64,000 bases of DNA. Origin: Eledone cirrhosa. Taxonomy: Eukaryota. Shown here piece by piece: positions 62,095 to 64,000 of the stretch (positions are counted from its first letter, which is position 1; every line of letters begins with the position of its first letter). Under the pieces are notes generated by a model that was not told where the DNA came from, did no database searches, and saw nothing but the letters and a program-made list of their open reading frames with translations. Both the position numbers and the translations under genes were made by a program. The stretch is taken from contig OZ024742.1 of the NCBI GenBank assembly GCA_964016885.1, positions 269,018,001 through 269,082,000 of the forward strand, given 5' to 3'.

Positions 62095-63745
62095 CTTGGC
62101 GCTCCCTACGGAGCTGCGACGACATCATCATCAAACCGGCGGACAAGGGAGGCGCTGTGGTAGTGTTGCCCGCCGACCTCTAGACAGCCGAAGCCCCCAG
62201 TCAGCCCTGCAACCCCCTCTTCTAACGCCCCCTTATTCCGACCCCACCCCCCTCTACCAACAAGTTTCCTCCACCATGCAACACCTCGTCTCCGCTTGCA
62301 TCGTCCCTCCCACCACCTCCCACCTCATCGTCCGCACCGCCCGGACCCCCACCATCTACTTCCTCCCCAAGACACAAATTAAGTCCCTTTACTCCGTCAC
62401 ACCCCACACCGACTGCCTACGCTCCCTCCGACACTACTTCGACCTCCACCCCACAACCGTCCCGTTCACACAACCCTCCTCCACCTCGCCGAGCTGGTCC
62501 TCACCCTTAACTGCTTCTCCTCTCAGGTGAATTTTGCCAGCACAAGAATGGGCACCAACTTTGCAAATCGTTTCGTTGGTCATGTTGAGGCCCAAATCTT
62601 TGCCCAATACACCAGGTCCACGCCCGAACTGTATTGTCGGTACATTGACGACTGTATTGGAGCCACGACCCTCACCCGAGAACAGCTCGACTCTTATCTC
62701 TCCTTCTTCTGCTCCTTCCACCCCTCCATCCACTTCACCTCCTCTATTTCCTACACCCACGTCCATTTCTTGACACAACTCTGTCACCATCAACCACTCC
62801 CACCGCTCCCTCGTCACTCGGCCTTCTTCAAACCCACCGATGCTCACTCCAACCTCGACATGACCTCCATCCACGCTACACACAGGAAACACTCCATTAC
62901 CTACTCCCAACTCCTCCGGATCCGTTGCATCTGCAGCCGAGATGCTGACTTCGAGACTCATCCCCTGTCTCTGGTCAGCCATTTCATCTGTAGAGGTTCC
63001 CACCCTTCCCTCGTCCACACCGCCGTCACTCGCGCCTGCGTAGTTCACCGATTCACCGCCGTCACTCCACTCCCCAGCGCCACCAAGCACTGTCTCACCT
63101 TCTCCCTCATCAACCATCCCTCCAGCCTAACCTCCACCACACTATTTTCACACAATCGCAACCATACTTACCCATGTATCCACACCACACAAAAACACAC
63201 ACACACTCGTGCGTATCCTCAGATAAACATACTTGGTCTCCGGACTCAACACGCCCCTTGTACACACCCCCCGCTCCGACATCTCCATCTACACGGACAC
63301 ACACACTGACTTACACGCCACCACACTGGTTTTCCTAGAATCCGAACATGGAACATCGTTCTTCCCCAAACTCTCACACTCACACCCACACATACACACA
63401 CACACACGTACACCTACACACATACACACGCATCACTTTCCGCCCTCCCCACACGGACCCCTTGTTTCCTACCGCCACCACTACACGGCTCAAACCCTTT
63501 CACCACTTATTTGCATTTTAATTTTTTTTACCATCATTTTAATTTTTTTTCCTTCCCTTTAATTTTTACCCCTCTTTTAATATTTTTCAACCACTCGCCC
63601 TCACACTCTCGGAACTCTTTCCCTTCGCACTCTTCTCCTGATGAAGGGTTTATGCCCGAAACGTCGTCCTCTACCCCCAACTCTCAAGTGTGAACCTAAT
63701 ACCTACACTGTTTGTACTGCACTCCTCGTTATTGTTTTTTTTTTT
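62092..63745 (+). mobile_element. Degraded, internally deleted Neptune-like PLE with 3' pseudo-LTR
   Basis: [47 protein letters not shown] and YSQLLRIRCICS. No EN seen. Confidence 0.85.
63636..63667 (+). ncRNA. Minimal hammerhead ribozyme of PLE type
   Basis: CTGATGA-AGGGTTTATGCCC-GAAA-CGTC. Palindromic ACGT and GUC triplet. Helix I is minimal. Confidence 0.8.
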
Positions 63746-63782
63746 TATTTTTAACACACACACACTCACACACACACACACG

Positions 63783-63839
<57 letters not shown>

Positions 63840-63949
63840 ATAATAATAAATTTGAAGACTAAAAAATCCAAAGAGGGCTCGATAAGGATAAATATATATA
63901 AAATATATAAGAACCGTATATATATATATATATATGTATATAAAAACCG

Positions 63950-64000
<51 letters not shown>

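Overview
AT-rich, microsatellite-dense animal genomic DNA made almost entirely of mobile elements. The tRNA-derived SINE family resembles octopod cephalopod SINEs, but that host assignment is inference from memory. No host gene can be called confidently. The window contains: (i) a ~27 kb nest (11.5-38.4 kb) of R4/Dong-like (RT+RLE) and Tx1/L1-like (ORF1, APE-RT) non-LTR retrotransposons, all in (TTA/TAA)n, with the two clades in opposite orientation; (ii) several Penelope-like elements (PLEs) of at least three types; (iii) an internally deleted mariner, RTE and CRE remnants, and many SINEs. The most striking unannotated layer is about 15 hammerhead ribozyme (HHR) motifs, intact or decayed, from several unrelated families. 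Each family has its own palindromic helix III, and several have 50-90 nt loop-2 insertions. They recur as outward-facing inverted pairs between (TA)n tracts, and once as a ~412-nt tandem retrozyme-like unit. One family appears to be an RT-less, GIY-YIG-only PLE with inverted HHR-bearing ends (9.7-38.9 kb), whose Asn-codon linker received the whole 27 kb LINE nest. All folds and alignments were done by eye, and most element boundaries are approximate.
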